Positions 44,363 to 53,434 of a stretch of DNA of 64,000 nt are shown here, in pieces. Within the stretch, counting starts at the first letter, position 1; each line of letters starts with the position of its first letter. The stretch covers positions 17,365 through 81,364 of IMG/VR virus record IMGVR_UViG_3300037755_000591; one strand, given 5' to 3'. The notes beneath the pieces are model-generated. The model did no database searches. It saw nothing but the letters and a program-made list of their open reading frames with translations, and was not told the DNA's origin. The stretch is from a virus. Taxonomy: Duplodnaviria > Caudoviricetes. The translations under genes were made by a program, and so were the position numbers.

Positions 44363-45934
44363 CTAGGCGGGAACTGCAATCGTCGGCAATTCAATCAATT
44401 CCGGTGCGATGGAGACGTTATCTAAACGCCCTGCAAGATGGGGCGCACGGAAGATTAACGCCATTTCGGTCCAAGATTTCACTTGGACGCAGGGAAAATT
44501 ATCTTTTACATCCAGCAAGAAACGTCCACCGTCCGTCCAGCCATAACTCTGTGCAGACTGAGTCTGGCTTGGAACTTGCCCGTAAGCGCTAGCGACCTTG
44601 GTGTAATCTTTGTGTCGCCACACTTGAACGTTCTCACCATCAACAACAAATGGCAAGAAGAAAATCGTGCTGGTATAGAAGGCTGGCACAATTGGCGGGC
44701 CGGGATCTTCCGGTGTGAAGGTGGTTGGAATAAAGTCATCCAACATTATCGGATAGGTGCGCCCATTGACCGTAACGGTTTGAGTGTTCGCTAGACGTTG
44801 GCGTTCAAACAAGTTGAATACTTCCATGTTTTGGAAGGGGTTTGCGCCGTTGTGTCCACCGGTATTGGCATTCAGGGTGGGCGATGAACAACCATCACTG
44901 ATGATGTCGCAGGGCAAATACTTGATAAGTTCCGCCCACCATTCACTATGCATCACAAACGCCCACTGGACCATTGCTACATCGAATCCTAAGCGACGGG
45001 CGCGTGTGTAGATAAGGTGTTCCAATGTTTGCAAACGGGCATAGATATTGTCAGTGCCGATAGTGCCGTCAAAGTCAATGACGACGCTATTTAATGACTC
45101 ACAATTGGTTCCCGTCACATAAGTCTTGGTGTCCCAATCGTCGGCAACGAGAAGGTTCATGCCCTCCCAAGGGATTCGCCAAGCTGCGTCTAAGTCAGTT
45201 ACAACTGTCGATTGCAGCAACGCATTGGTGGGATCAGCATTCCAATACAACCACGAGTGAATGTGATTGTGTTTCTTGGCTTGCAAGAAAACCTCACGCC
45301 GAATCGCGCCTTTCTTGACGAAATCGCGATCTTGCAGTTGGTCAAATGTTGCCGGAGCGCTTACGCCACGAACCGACCCAACGAAATACAAGTCGTCGCG
45401 AACACCACGATTGGCATCCTCAATTACACGAGTAAGGTCCGCAGTGCGGCTTTGGAAAGTGATGCGGCCAAGTTCAACTTCCATCTTACACACATCAAAA
45501 TTACCGGGTTCCGGGAAATTACCACAGATTGTGGCATCTTCAGGAGCAGCGAAACTACCGAGGTCAAGAGAGGTCAGGAATGCATGTTTGACAGTCATTA
45601 CTGTCGTTGCGATAACAGGCAAGATGTTGGCAATAGAGTCCAAGGGCTGAACTAAAGCATTCAGGACAGGTGATTCCAAATCACAATCAGTCAGCACACC
45701 GCCTTCGGCATATGGTAGCTGTACCGCATTCGAATTGGCAGATGGAGGACCCCATTTTTCAACTGACGATTTCTCACGTTGGTTGAACTTAAATGTATAG
45801 GGGTTGGACGGATTCAGTTGTTTATTGGGATCGGGTGTTTTGGAGTCCTTTGCATAGGCTTCATACAAAGTACCCATATGAGTAAAAAACTCTTCCATCG
45901 ACCCCTTCTCGATTTGTCGGGTTGGAAATGACAT
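44363..45934 (-). CDS. probable major capsid protein
   Basis: 523 aa directly after the prohead protease, followed by a stem-loop; assigned by synteny. Confidence 0.65.
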   Translation of the reverse strand: MSFPTRQIEKGSMEEFFTHMGTLYEAYAKDSKTPDPNKQLNPSNPYTFKFNQREKSSVEKWGPPSANSNAVQLPYAEGGVLTDCDLESPVLNALVQPLDSIANILPVIATTVMTVKHAFLTSLDLGSFAAPEDATICGNFPEPGNFDVCKMEVELGRITFQSRTADLTRVIEDANRGVRDDLYFVGSVRGVSAPATFDQLQDRDFVKKGAIRREVFLQAKKHNHIHSWLYWNADPTNALLQSTVVTDLDAAWRIPWEGMNLLVADDWDTKTYVTGTNCESLNSVVIDFDGTIGTDNIYARLQTLEHLIYTRARRLGFDVAMVQWAFVMHSEWWAELIKYLPCDIISDGCSSPTLNANTGGHNGANPFQNMEVFNLFERQRLANTQTVTVNGRTYPIMLDDFIPTTFTPEDPGPPIVPAFYTSTIFFLPFVVDGENVQVWRHKDYTKVASAYGQVPSQTQSAQSYGWTDGGRFLLDVKDNFPCVQVKSWTEMALIFRAPHLAGRLDNVSIAPELIELPTIAVPA

Positions 45935-45965
45935 GGGAAATTACCTCATTTATAGAAATAGCGGT

Positions 45966-47693
45966 CTAGTATTCAAGTGCCTTGATTTGTTCGGGATCAG
46001 GCAATAACCCACTCCAATCGTCTTTTGTAGATGATTCGGGGGGGGCGGCTGGCCCGTCAGTCAAATCTTTTTCATCATCCCCTACTGTTGGAATCGGGGT
46101 TTTAGTGAAAAGGTTTTCAAGGCTTTCGAGTTGCTGTTCAAGTGCTGTTTTTTGCCGTGCGGCGGGAGGAAGGGTCAAGCCTTCTGTGATGTTGGCTTGT
46201 TGCTCCAACATCTTTTTGACCATTTCCAATAAGTCTGAAATTTGTTTCTTGAGGGTAGCATTTTCATCCTCAACAGCTTTCAGGCGAACCGATACAGGTT
46301 CTAGTGCCTTCTGAACGCTTTGGACAATTGGCAATAGTGCTGTATCGTCAACTTGTCGCGTTTCGGTATCATTGGTTTCGGCGACTGCTGGTTGACTTTC
46401 ATCAGCGGCGGAATTTTCAGTGTCGGAAGGAGTGGGGGGAGAATCGATAGAATTGTCCGATGGAGGATCGTCAGAAGTGGTTGCCGCTGCATCTTTGCTT
46501 CGCAAACCATTGGCTTTAGCAGAATCCGCCGCTGCCTTGCCCATTTCTTCTAATATTCCTATCGTGTCAGGGTCCAACATTGTGCCTAATTTGGCACGTT
46601 GCTCGTCAGTTAGGCTCATCTTGGTAAGCTCCTTAACATCAGGATCGAAGGTCGTAAGTAAATTGGCCGCAAACTCGCGTGGCAAAGCCGAAACCTCTTT
46701 GCTTCGATACTGAATTATCAAATTTTTATCGGTGTTGTCGTATTTAATCTGTTCTCTTGGCATTCCGTGTGACATACCAAGCGACAAATCATTGTCGGCC
46801 TTATCAGCCAATTGTTCGGCGATAAACGCAAATTCTGGATAAAACGTTCCGGCGATGTAGGCAAAGCCATAATTCTTGTCTACTTGGTCGTAGCTCATGA
46901 CATGTGCTTTCCCGACTGCAAATGGGATGTGGAATAGCCATAATTCGGGCATCTCACATTCGCCTGCATTCAGGGCGCGTTCAAAGTCTTTATGTGCCGC
47001 CGCCGTTAAAATTTCATTTTCTCGATCAATAACATTGTTGGAATAAATACCGGCCCAAACCCACATGCCGGTTTCGATGTCTTTGTAAATCGTAATCGGG
47101 TGGCTTTTTGCCCGGTCAATTGTGGTTTTAAATGGATCAACTGCTAAGTCATCGTCGTCAACTGGATCATCTGCATCAGCAGCTACATCGTTAACCCGAT
47201 TAGCAAACTCTTTAGCGAGACTCGCTATCATGCCACCCTTGTCGGTCACATCAGGATCATCGAAGATGTTCCATGCCAACCAAACGAAGGTGTCAAATTC
47301 GTCATACATCTGATTGATAGCTTGTTGGGCAGCACGTTCTTCGGCGAGTTCATCATAAGATGTAGGTCCCCAAAAGCCCTTTGCGTCCACATTGTCATGT
47401 AATCCACGCAATCCGGCCAACTTCGAGAACATTTTTTCGACAGCAGCCTTCTCAATTTTTAACGCCTTATTCAGCGCATCAAAGTGCTGTCGAAACATCT
47501 TTGGTTGTGTGCCATCCAAGATACCTTGGAGTTCATTAGGTGAAATACCAACGACGCTTGCAACCTCTGCGACAATCGCCTCAATCGGCTGGTCGTCATT
47601 CACCATTGCTGCAACCTGAGCATTCATATAGGCCAGATATTCGTTGAAGTTTTTGTTTCTGGTCAGAAAGTTCAAAGGCATAACATTCTCCAT
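45966..47693 (-). CDS. HK97-type prohead protease with scaffold-like C-terminus
   Basis: SNNVIDRENEI, WLFH (His), GMSHG (Ser), EVSAL; C-terminal coiled coil. Confidence 0.8.
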   Translation of the reverse strand: MENVMPLNFLTRNKNFNEYLAYMNAQVAAMVNDDQPIEAIVAEVASVVGISPNELQGILDGTQPKMFRQHFDALNKALKIEKAAVEKMFSKLAGLRGLHDNVDAKGFWGPTSYDELAEERAAQQAINQMYDEFDTFVWLAWNIFDDPDVTDKGGMIASLAKEFANRVNDVAADADDPVDDDDLAVDPFKTTIDRAKSHPITIYKDIETGMWVWAGIYSNNVIDRENEILTAAAHKDFERALNAGECEMPELWLFHIPFAVGKAHVMSYDQVDKNYGFAYIAGTFYPEFAFIAEQLADKADNDLSLGMSHGMPREQIKYDNTDKNLIIQYRSKEVSALPREFAANLLTTFDPDVKELTKMSLTDEQRAKLGTMLDPDTIGILEEMGKAAADSAKANGLRSKDAAATTSDDPPSDNSIDSPPTPSDTENSAADESQPAVAETNDTETRQVDDTALLPIVQSVQKALEPVSVRLKAVEDENATLKKQISDLLEMVKKMLEQQANITEGLTLPPAARQKTALEQQLESLENLFTKTPIPTVGDDEKDLTDGPAAPPESSTKDDWSGLLPDPEQIKALEY

Positions 47694-49988
47694 TTAGGGA
47701 AGTGTCGGCAAGTCTGTTGTGGGTGAAGAGTCTGTTTCGATATAATCACAACCACAGTAAAAGCCTCCACATTCCAAAGTTCTACTTCTTGGATAGACAC
47801 CAGATGCGTACCATGCATCCCCCGTAGCCACTGTGCCATTTAAAGCGGCACAATGCCGACAATTTTCTTTGCCGGGGTCAGCTTGCCACATGTAGTTTGT
47901 TTCTGGATGAGTCTTGGCCTTGGCAATATTTTCAACTCTATGCCAAGAGTTCACCCAAGGGTCTAAGTGCTGAAAGAGTTGTTCATAACTTTCGGCAACA
48001 CTAGCGTTGTTTTGCAAAAAGGTTGCCAGCTTATCAACATATAACTTCTCATCTAAAGCCTGAGCTAAAATTATTTTCAAATCGGCATCTGGAATTAAAT
48101 CAATATTGATACCTGCGCCATTTGCCCAAGCGACTGTCATGTTGTCATCAATAATTTGTTTAAGTTCTGAGGTAAAGATATTTACCCCTATTTCACCTGT
48201 GAAGAGCCGATACGCAAGTTCTTCTAATAACTTCCGGTAATCGCCGGGGGTTTTAACTCGAAAGAATTTTTTTTTAGCCTGATCGCTGTTGTTTTCTTCT
48301 GTTTCCTCGTCGGATGTTTGTTCTTCACCTGCTGGCAATTGTGGCACTCGTGGGTCACCCCCTAAAGATTGGGGGGGCTTAACGCCATCCACAGTCGGCA
48401 TTTCTTCAAATGTGCCTTCAATCACATTCGACGTATATTGACGCTCTAATGCCTCTAGTGCGGCAAGTGATTGACGAGCCTTGGATTGCATTAACTCATT
48501 ACTGGTATTGAGTATGGCCGCGGCGGCTTTGCGCCTTTGTCGCTTAATTGCCTTCAATATCTTGTCGGCATTATTATTTTCGACATCTAGCGGATCGCTC
48601 ACGCCGACATTAAGGAACCCTTGAATATCAGGATCAACAGTTTCAAACAAGAATAAGACATCCAAGCCACTCGGTAAGCGTCCTTGACGAAGCTCTAATT
48701 CCTCAAATTGCATTTGGGTTATATCACCCGCCAGCAATGCAGTTTCACGCTCCGTTCGAACATCGGTTATCCCTGCTGTCAAGTCAGTTGATCTAGCAAT
48801 CGACCGTTGGCTTCGAATTTTTGCACTGATTTCATCTTCAGTATCATCCTTGAAGTCGAAATCAAATTCGAGATGCGGCGGCACATACTTATTTAAAAAC
48901 TGTTGTTTGTTTTTACGCATGATATGCCCCGGTGCTTTACCACGCGATTTCTTGTCCGTGATCTCAGCATCCGCTTTGGTCGCACCGCCACCCTGACTCG
49001 GCCACAGTTCACGAATGTCTGTACCGAAGGCGAGAGAGATAGTTGCCATTGAGAGATGAGTTGTATCATTTTCGTCAAAGCCATCCGGCAGCGACGCAAT
49101 ATCTAACAACTTGCCATCTAACTTGCCCTCAACTGCCATCATGATAATTTGTGCGAAGCGCTGAAAACTACGAGCATCCATTTTCTTCTTCGCATTATCA
49201 ATCATATCTTCTGCTTCGTCGTAATCTAAACCAGATAACAGAAGGAATGCTCGTAATGGTCGTGAGCCTAATTTTTCTTGTTTGTAAAGTGCAATGTCGA
49301 TTAGACTTTGCGTGCTGTGAAATGCACGGGATACTGCACAAAAACCCAATCGGAACATCTCGCGTCGCGGGGATGGCATTGATGATTCAAAGATAATCCG
49401 CGAATGATGCAATTTGTAAGGATTGCCATCCTTATGTTGATAAACAACCGGATACTCCCAGTTGCCGGTACGGGTACAGCGTTGCGCGTCCAGATGTGCA
49501 ACACCACTTGGCATCCCAATTAATGCACCCGTGTTAGGGTCGCCGGGCCCGATGATTAATAAAAATGACCCGTTATCCTGCGACAAATAATCCGTCATAT
49601 AAGACGAATATGCCGCATTCCAACCCCATCCAAAATCGGAATTAAAATAAAGCTGTTCTTCCATCATTTCTGCTTGTTTACGATGAAGCGCGATTGATGG
49701 ATTCTTAGGACGAATCCTAGCTGGAATTGCTGTCATCTTCTGCGTAAAACTCTCAACGGCCCCGGCTAAATGGTCAGACCGTTGATAGAACTGCTCTAAG
49801 TTTTTATCGCGTTGTGGAGTCCAGTACGGACCGAGTACTTCATTAACGTTTTGACGAGTGAACATGCTAAACAGAGCATCAGCAAATGTACCATTAACAC
49901 GCTGACCCCTATCATCTATTTTTTCACTCTCTGGTGGCATTGGGATTTGTTGTTCCAATGCCAGCGGATCAAAACGCATTAACCCCAT
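47694..49988 (-). CDS. portal protein fused to a MuF-like head morphogenesis domain
   Basis: After terL; DYLSQDNGSF portal-like motif; C-terminal WQADPGKENCRHCAALNG...CGGFYCGC. Confidence 0.8.
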   Translation of the reverse strand: MGLMRFDPLALEQQIPMPPESEKIDDRGQRVNGTFADALFSMFTRQNVNEVLGPYWTPQRDKNLEQFYQRSDHLAGAVESFTQKMTAIPARIRPKNPSIALHRKQAEMMEEQLYFNSDFGWGWNAAYSSYMTDYLSQDNGSFLLIIGPGDPNTGALIGMPSGVAHLDAQRCTRTGNWEYPVVYQHKDGNPYKLHHSRIIFESSMPSPRREMFRLGFCAVSRAFHSTQSLIDIALYKQEKLGSRPLRAFLLLSGLDYDEAEDMIDNAKKKMDARSFQRFAQIIMMAVEGKLDGKLLDIASLPDGFDENDTTHLSMATISLAFGTDIRELWPSQGGGATKADAEITDKKSRGKAPGHIMRKNKQQFLNKYVPPHLEFDFDFKDDTEDEISAKIRSQRSIARSTDLTAGITDVRTERETALLAGDITQMQFEELELRQGRLPSGLDVLFLFETVDPDIQGFLNVGVSDPLDVENNNADKILKAIKRQRRKAAAAILNTSNELMQSKARQSLAALEALERQYTSNVIEGTFEEMPTVDGVKPPQSLGGDPRVPQLPAGEEQTSDEETEENNSDQAKKKFFRVKTPGDYRKLLEELAYRLFTGEIGVNIFTSELKQIIDDNMTVAWANGAGINIDLIPDADLKIILAQALDEKLYVDKLATFLQNNASVAESYEQLFQHLDPWVNSWHRVENIAKAKTHPETNYMWQADPGKENCRHCAALNGTVATGDAWYASGVYPRSRTLECGGFYCGCDYIETDSSPTTDLPTLP

Positions 49989-51384
49989 CTGACCATACCT
50001 TCTCTAGCTTTTCTCCAATATTGCCCCACTTACCGCCGCGACCTTGTTTGAGGTCAATATGAGCAATTAAATATCTTGCCGCATCGAGACTATGGTTCCA
50101 GTCATCAACGGGTTCCTCGCTTTCGCTAATGCGATTATTTTTTTGTGGGGACCAAACGTATCGTCCCATTTCTTGTCTAATCCCTATTGGCAGTTTTTTG
50201 GACTTCAATTCAGGATCAAGCGGTTCTACTAAACAATCAGTGAAAAAGAACACGCTCGGAAGGTGATCTTTTTCATCGCGACGAAGATTTAATTTAGCAT
50301 TAAGAAGACGCTTCTTAAAAAGACTAATTCCACTTTGCACATTTGATTTTCCAGCAATAGCAAACTTTTTGTTGGCCCGAACCAAATTTTTTACACCTGC
50401 TAGACGGAATGATTCAATCGCTGAAGGTTTATGATCGACAATCGTTTGCTTGATGCGATTAAACCCTTCTGATAGATCATTGCAAATCGCTGCTAATTCA
50501 GGATCAGTTTTCTTGGTGTGATAAAACTCCTGCACCAAGAAAAGATGTTTATGAACAGGGTCTTCAGCCCACCATTGAATTGAGGCGGGGGCGCGGTAGC
50601 CCCAATCGACTGCACGGAACATTCGCCAGTTATCAGGTATGGCGAATGGGTCTCGATCATGCCATTCGGGATTATATTCCTCATAGACAAGCCCGGTTGC
50701 TGTTGTCCATAATCCCAAGAACATCCGTTGATGATGTACACCTTCGGAGTCGCGCAGGTCTTCAACGTACTCGCCGGGGAGCGCCGGATTGTCCAGAGGG
50801 GTTGAATGGATGTATTTCAACCGCCCTGATTTGCGCCAATCATTATTCAGGATTAGCTTGACATTGATCCAGTGGTTTTCTGCATCAGGGTTGGTTGTGA
50901 GGATGAACTGTTGTCCCCACGCCAATGCTGTACCGCGCAAACGGCTTTGCAGTAACTCAAAATCTTTCCACAGCAATTCATTGGCTTCTTCAGCCCATAT
51001 AATGTCGGCTGAAATAGACTTGATACGTTCACGCTGTTTATCATCCTGCATCCCTGCATAGAAGATAACAGCCCCCGTCGCCTTAAAAAGAAAAACCTTA
51101 TCCTGTTTGTTATGGATAACGGTCCCTGATTCAAGCTCTTTCCGTAAAATCTTCGTCAACTCAAAAATGACGGTATGTGTCATTGACTGTCGTGTTTTGC
51201 GAACAATCAGCGTTACTAAATCTTGCACATTCATACTAAGTGCAACGATTTTTTCCGCCGTCGCGAAACTCTTACCAGAACCAGCGCCGCCTGCCGCAAC
51301 AATGTAACGATGTTGCGAATAGATTAGCTCTAATTGTTTGGGGAAGAACTCAATTGGTTTCTGTTTGTTCTTCTCTAGCAACAT
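49969..51384 (-). CDS. terL: terminase large subunit (PBSX-like)
   Basis: Walker A GGAGSGKS, Walker B IIWAEEA, TTNP, nuclease AVDWG and DDWNHSLDAARY. Confidence 0.95.
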   Translation of the reverse strand: MLLEKNKQKPIEFFPKQLELIYSQHRYIVAAGGAGSGKSFATAEKIVALSMNVQDLVTLIVRKTRQSMTHTVIFELTKILRKELESGTVIHNKQDKVFLFKATGAVIFYAGMQDDKQRERIKSISADIIWAEEANELLWKDFELLQSRLRGTALAWGQQFILTTNPDAENHWINVKLILNNDWRKSGRLKYIHSTPLDNPALPGEYVEDLRDSEGVHHQRMFLGLWTTATGLVYEEYNPEWHDRDPFAIPDNWRMFRAVDWGYRAPASIQWWAEDPVHKHLFLVQEFYHTKKTDPELAAICNDLSEGFNRIKQTIVDHKPSAIESFRLAGVKNLVRANKKFAIAGKSNVQSGISLFKKRLLNAKLNLRRDEKDHLPSVFFFTDCLVEPLDPELKSKKLPIGIRQEMGRYVWSPQKNNRISESEEPVDDWNHSLDAARYLIAHIDLKQGRGGKWGNIGEKLEKVWSDGVNAF

Positions 51385-51952
51385 CGCTGGTTTCTTCTTC
51401 TGGTTGATTGATCTCCGTATAAGCACCTTCGATTATTTTTTCGACCGCGAGGTCTTCAACTTCTGTGCGCGGATTAACCAATAATCGCGGATCAAAATCT
51501 GCATAGATACGGTGATCGACTTGAACAGTGGTTTGGATTTGTTTTTGTTGGCGCGGCTTACCAACCACCTGCTGAGTAATTTCAGTAGCAATGCGCTGCA
51601 CCAATTTGGTATCTTGTTCTTTGATGAGCGCCATGCCTTTGATGAGCGCGGCGTATGGGCCAAAGAACTTGAACACTGCCATTGTGGTATCAGCGGGGTC
51701 AAGACTATTTGCTAGCTCATACATTCGCCGTACCCGTGCATTCCGGTCGGCGAGGTTGGTAATTCGAGTTGAGGGGATTTCTGCGCGGCGACACGCATCC
51801 TGAAGGTTGCCATTTGTTAACAACATAAATATAGCAACCCGAAGATCATCCATATCACCTTCAGCCATCAATGATGTCAGTTCGGTTAGATTATCCTCGC
51901 CAGATGTATCCTTCGTCATCTGTAGTGCTAAAGTCGCCATCGTAGTCGCCAT
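51350..51952 (-). CDS. probable terminase small subunit
   Basis: Immediately upstream of terL; HTH-like LQDACRRAEIPSTRI. Confidence 0.65.
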   Translation of the reverse strand: MATTMATLALQMTKDTSGEDNLTELTSLMAEGDMDDLRVAIFMLLTNGNLQDACRRAEIPSTRITNLADRNARVRRMYELANSLDPADTTMAVFKFFGPYAALIKGMALIKEQDTKLVQRIATEITQQVVGKPRQQKQIQTTVQVDHRIYADFDPRLLVNPRTEVEDLAVEKIIEGAYTEINQPEEETSDVAREEQTETN

Positions 51953-52133
51953 TATCCTTATGCGATACTGTTTTTACCTCAACGATCAATGTCTGGTTGG
52001 TCATCAACATTAGTGCAGCAAATGCGGCACGATTTGTTGTCGTTACTTGAAAAGTAACGGAGCCGCCGTCGATGCCTGACACCGCGATAGCATCATCACG
52101 GTCTGCAATGGTGGCATTAAAGGTTACTTTCAT
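51891..52133 (-). CDS. hypothetical protein
   Basis: 80-aa ORF in operon. Confidence 0.55.
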   Translation of the reverse strand: MKVTFNATIADRDDAIAVSGIDGGSVTFQVTTTNRAAFAALMLMTNQTLIVEVKTVSHKDNGDYDGDFSTTDDEGYIWRG

Positions 52134-52548
52134 TCAATGCTGCCTCGGCAGCCGCCTCGATTCGCTGCTGGGCCTCCTTAATGTGCTTTGGAGATACCCA
52201 ATACATGCGCGGATCATCTTTTCTTAGTTGCGCGGCAATGCGCGATACCTTGTCTGACCGATACCATTTATTCTTTCGATTTTGACATAGGTATTTCCCG
52301 TCCTTGTCCAAGCTGTCCACAACATCATCAAGTCGTGTGTATGGCTTAGGATCAACCCATGTCTCAATAAGGTTTAACAGTTCGGGATTCAGTGGCACAG
52401 AATTGCGAGGATCATACAAAACATCTTGTGTTGGTGAGCGACGGCGATTGCATAACTTAATTTCGGGTTCACGGTAAATATCATGAACACCCGCCAGTTC
52501 GTTTAAAATATGGATTGCATCAGCAACCTTATCGCAAAATGTCGTCAT
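52117..52548 (-). CDS. hypothetical protein
   Basis: 143-aa ORF with GAGG RBS. Confidence 0.65.
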   Translation of the reverse strand: MTTFCDKVADAIHILNELAGVHDIYREPEIKLCNRRRSPTQDVLYDPRNSVPLNPELLNLIETWVDPKPYTRLDDVVDSLDKDGKYLCQNRKNKWYRSDKVSRIAAQLRKDDPRMYWVSPKHIKEAQQRIEAAAEAALNESNL

Positions 52549-52776
52549 TTGTTCCTCAACAGGTATGCAAAAAGACCAAATTCACAAGTATTTGGGAACC
52601 TGTGTGACTTGCCCTAGCTAGGCAGGTCTACACCCCTGACGGTTCCTTAAACCACATTAGGGTAGGGGATTCGGACAGAAGTCCTCTGGTTATTAAGATT
52701 ATGATGTTGGGGTGATTAATGTAAGACCCACATTCGCGGGAACCAGCGAGTGCGGGAAGGAGAGGAATTTCAACAA

Positions 52777-53082
52777 TTAAATAGAGCCGTCGTTAATCTT
52801 TGAGGAATGAACAACAATGTAGTGGGGTATTTTCGTACCGTTTTGGGTTAGATGGCGATAGTTAATATATTCAACGAGATCATTGTTATAAGATTCTATA
52901 CTGTCCACCTCGATACCGGCTGAGAAGGGCGAGGGTGTTAATTGATTCGTGCGAATAAAATCCCACGCTTTTTCACGGGTGCTAAAAACTAATGCGACAC
53001 GAAAGCCCGGAAAATAATCGCCAATATAATCCTTGCTAAATGCGCCATGACAAAGGTAAACCAGCCAGATTTCCTCATTCAT
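52777..53082 (-). CDS. hypothetical protein
   Basis: Start MNEEIW overlapping the upstream stop. Confidence 0.6.
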   Translation of the reverse strand: MNEEIWLVYLCHGAFSKDYIGDYFPGFRVALVFSTREKAWDFIRTNQLTPSPFSAGIEVDSIESYNNDLVEYINYRHLTQNGTKIPHYIVVHSSKINDGSI

Positions 53083-53377
53083 CAATTGAGTCCTCTGGTG
53101 GTATCCATTCGGAGTCAACAACCGTTATCAGTCCGTTGGTGTGGCGTTCCAGAACGCCCAACTCAATAAGTTCTTGTTGCCATCGCCAAACGTCTTTGCG
53201 GTCTACCTTGGCATTTGAATCTGATAATTTTTCTGCTAACCAGCGAGTAGAAGGGACTTGCCCCATATACTGACGGGCAAATTCTATCATCTCAAAATAG
53301 ACTTGCCAGCGCCGCTTTACCGATCCATCGGGATTATGTATTTCGTACCGTTTATCTTTTTTCACTGCAATGACCAT
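53075..53377 (-). CDS. LexA-DBD-like winged-helix protein
   Basis: GQVPSTRWLAEKL...VWRWQQELIELGVLER. Confidence 0.55.
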   Translation of the reverse strand: MVIAVKKDKRYEIHNPDGSVKRRWQVYFEMIEFARQYMGQVPSTRWLAEKLSDSNAKVDRKDVWRWQQELIELGVLERHTNGLITVVDSEWIPPEDSIDE

Positions 53378-53390
53378 ATGTTTAGTCCGA

Positions 53391-53414
53391 TAAAAGGGGG
53401 ATTTGCATCCCCCT
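53391..53414 (-). terminator. intrinsic terminator after the endolysin
   Basis: GGGGAT-GCAA-ATCCCC then CTTTT. Confidence 0.75.
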
Positions 53415-53434
53415 GTATTCTCAGTTGATTGAAA

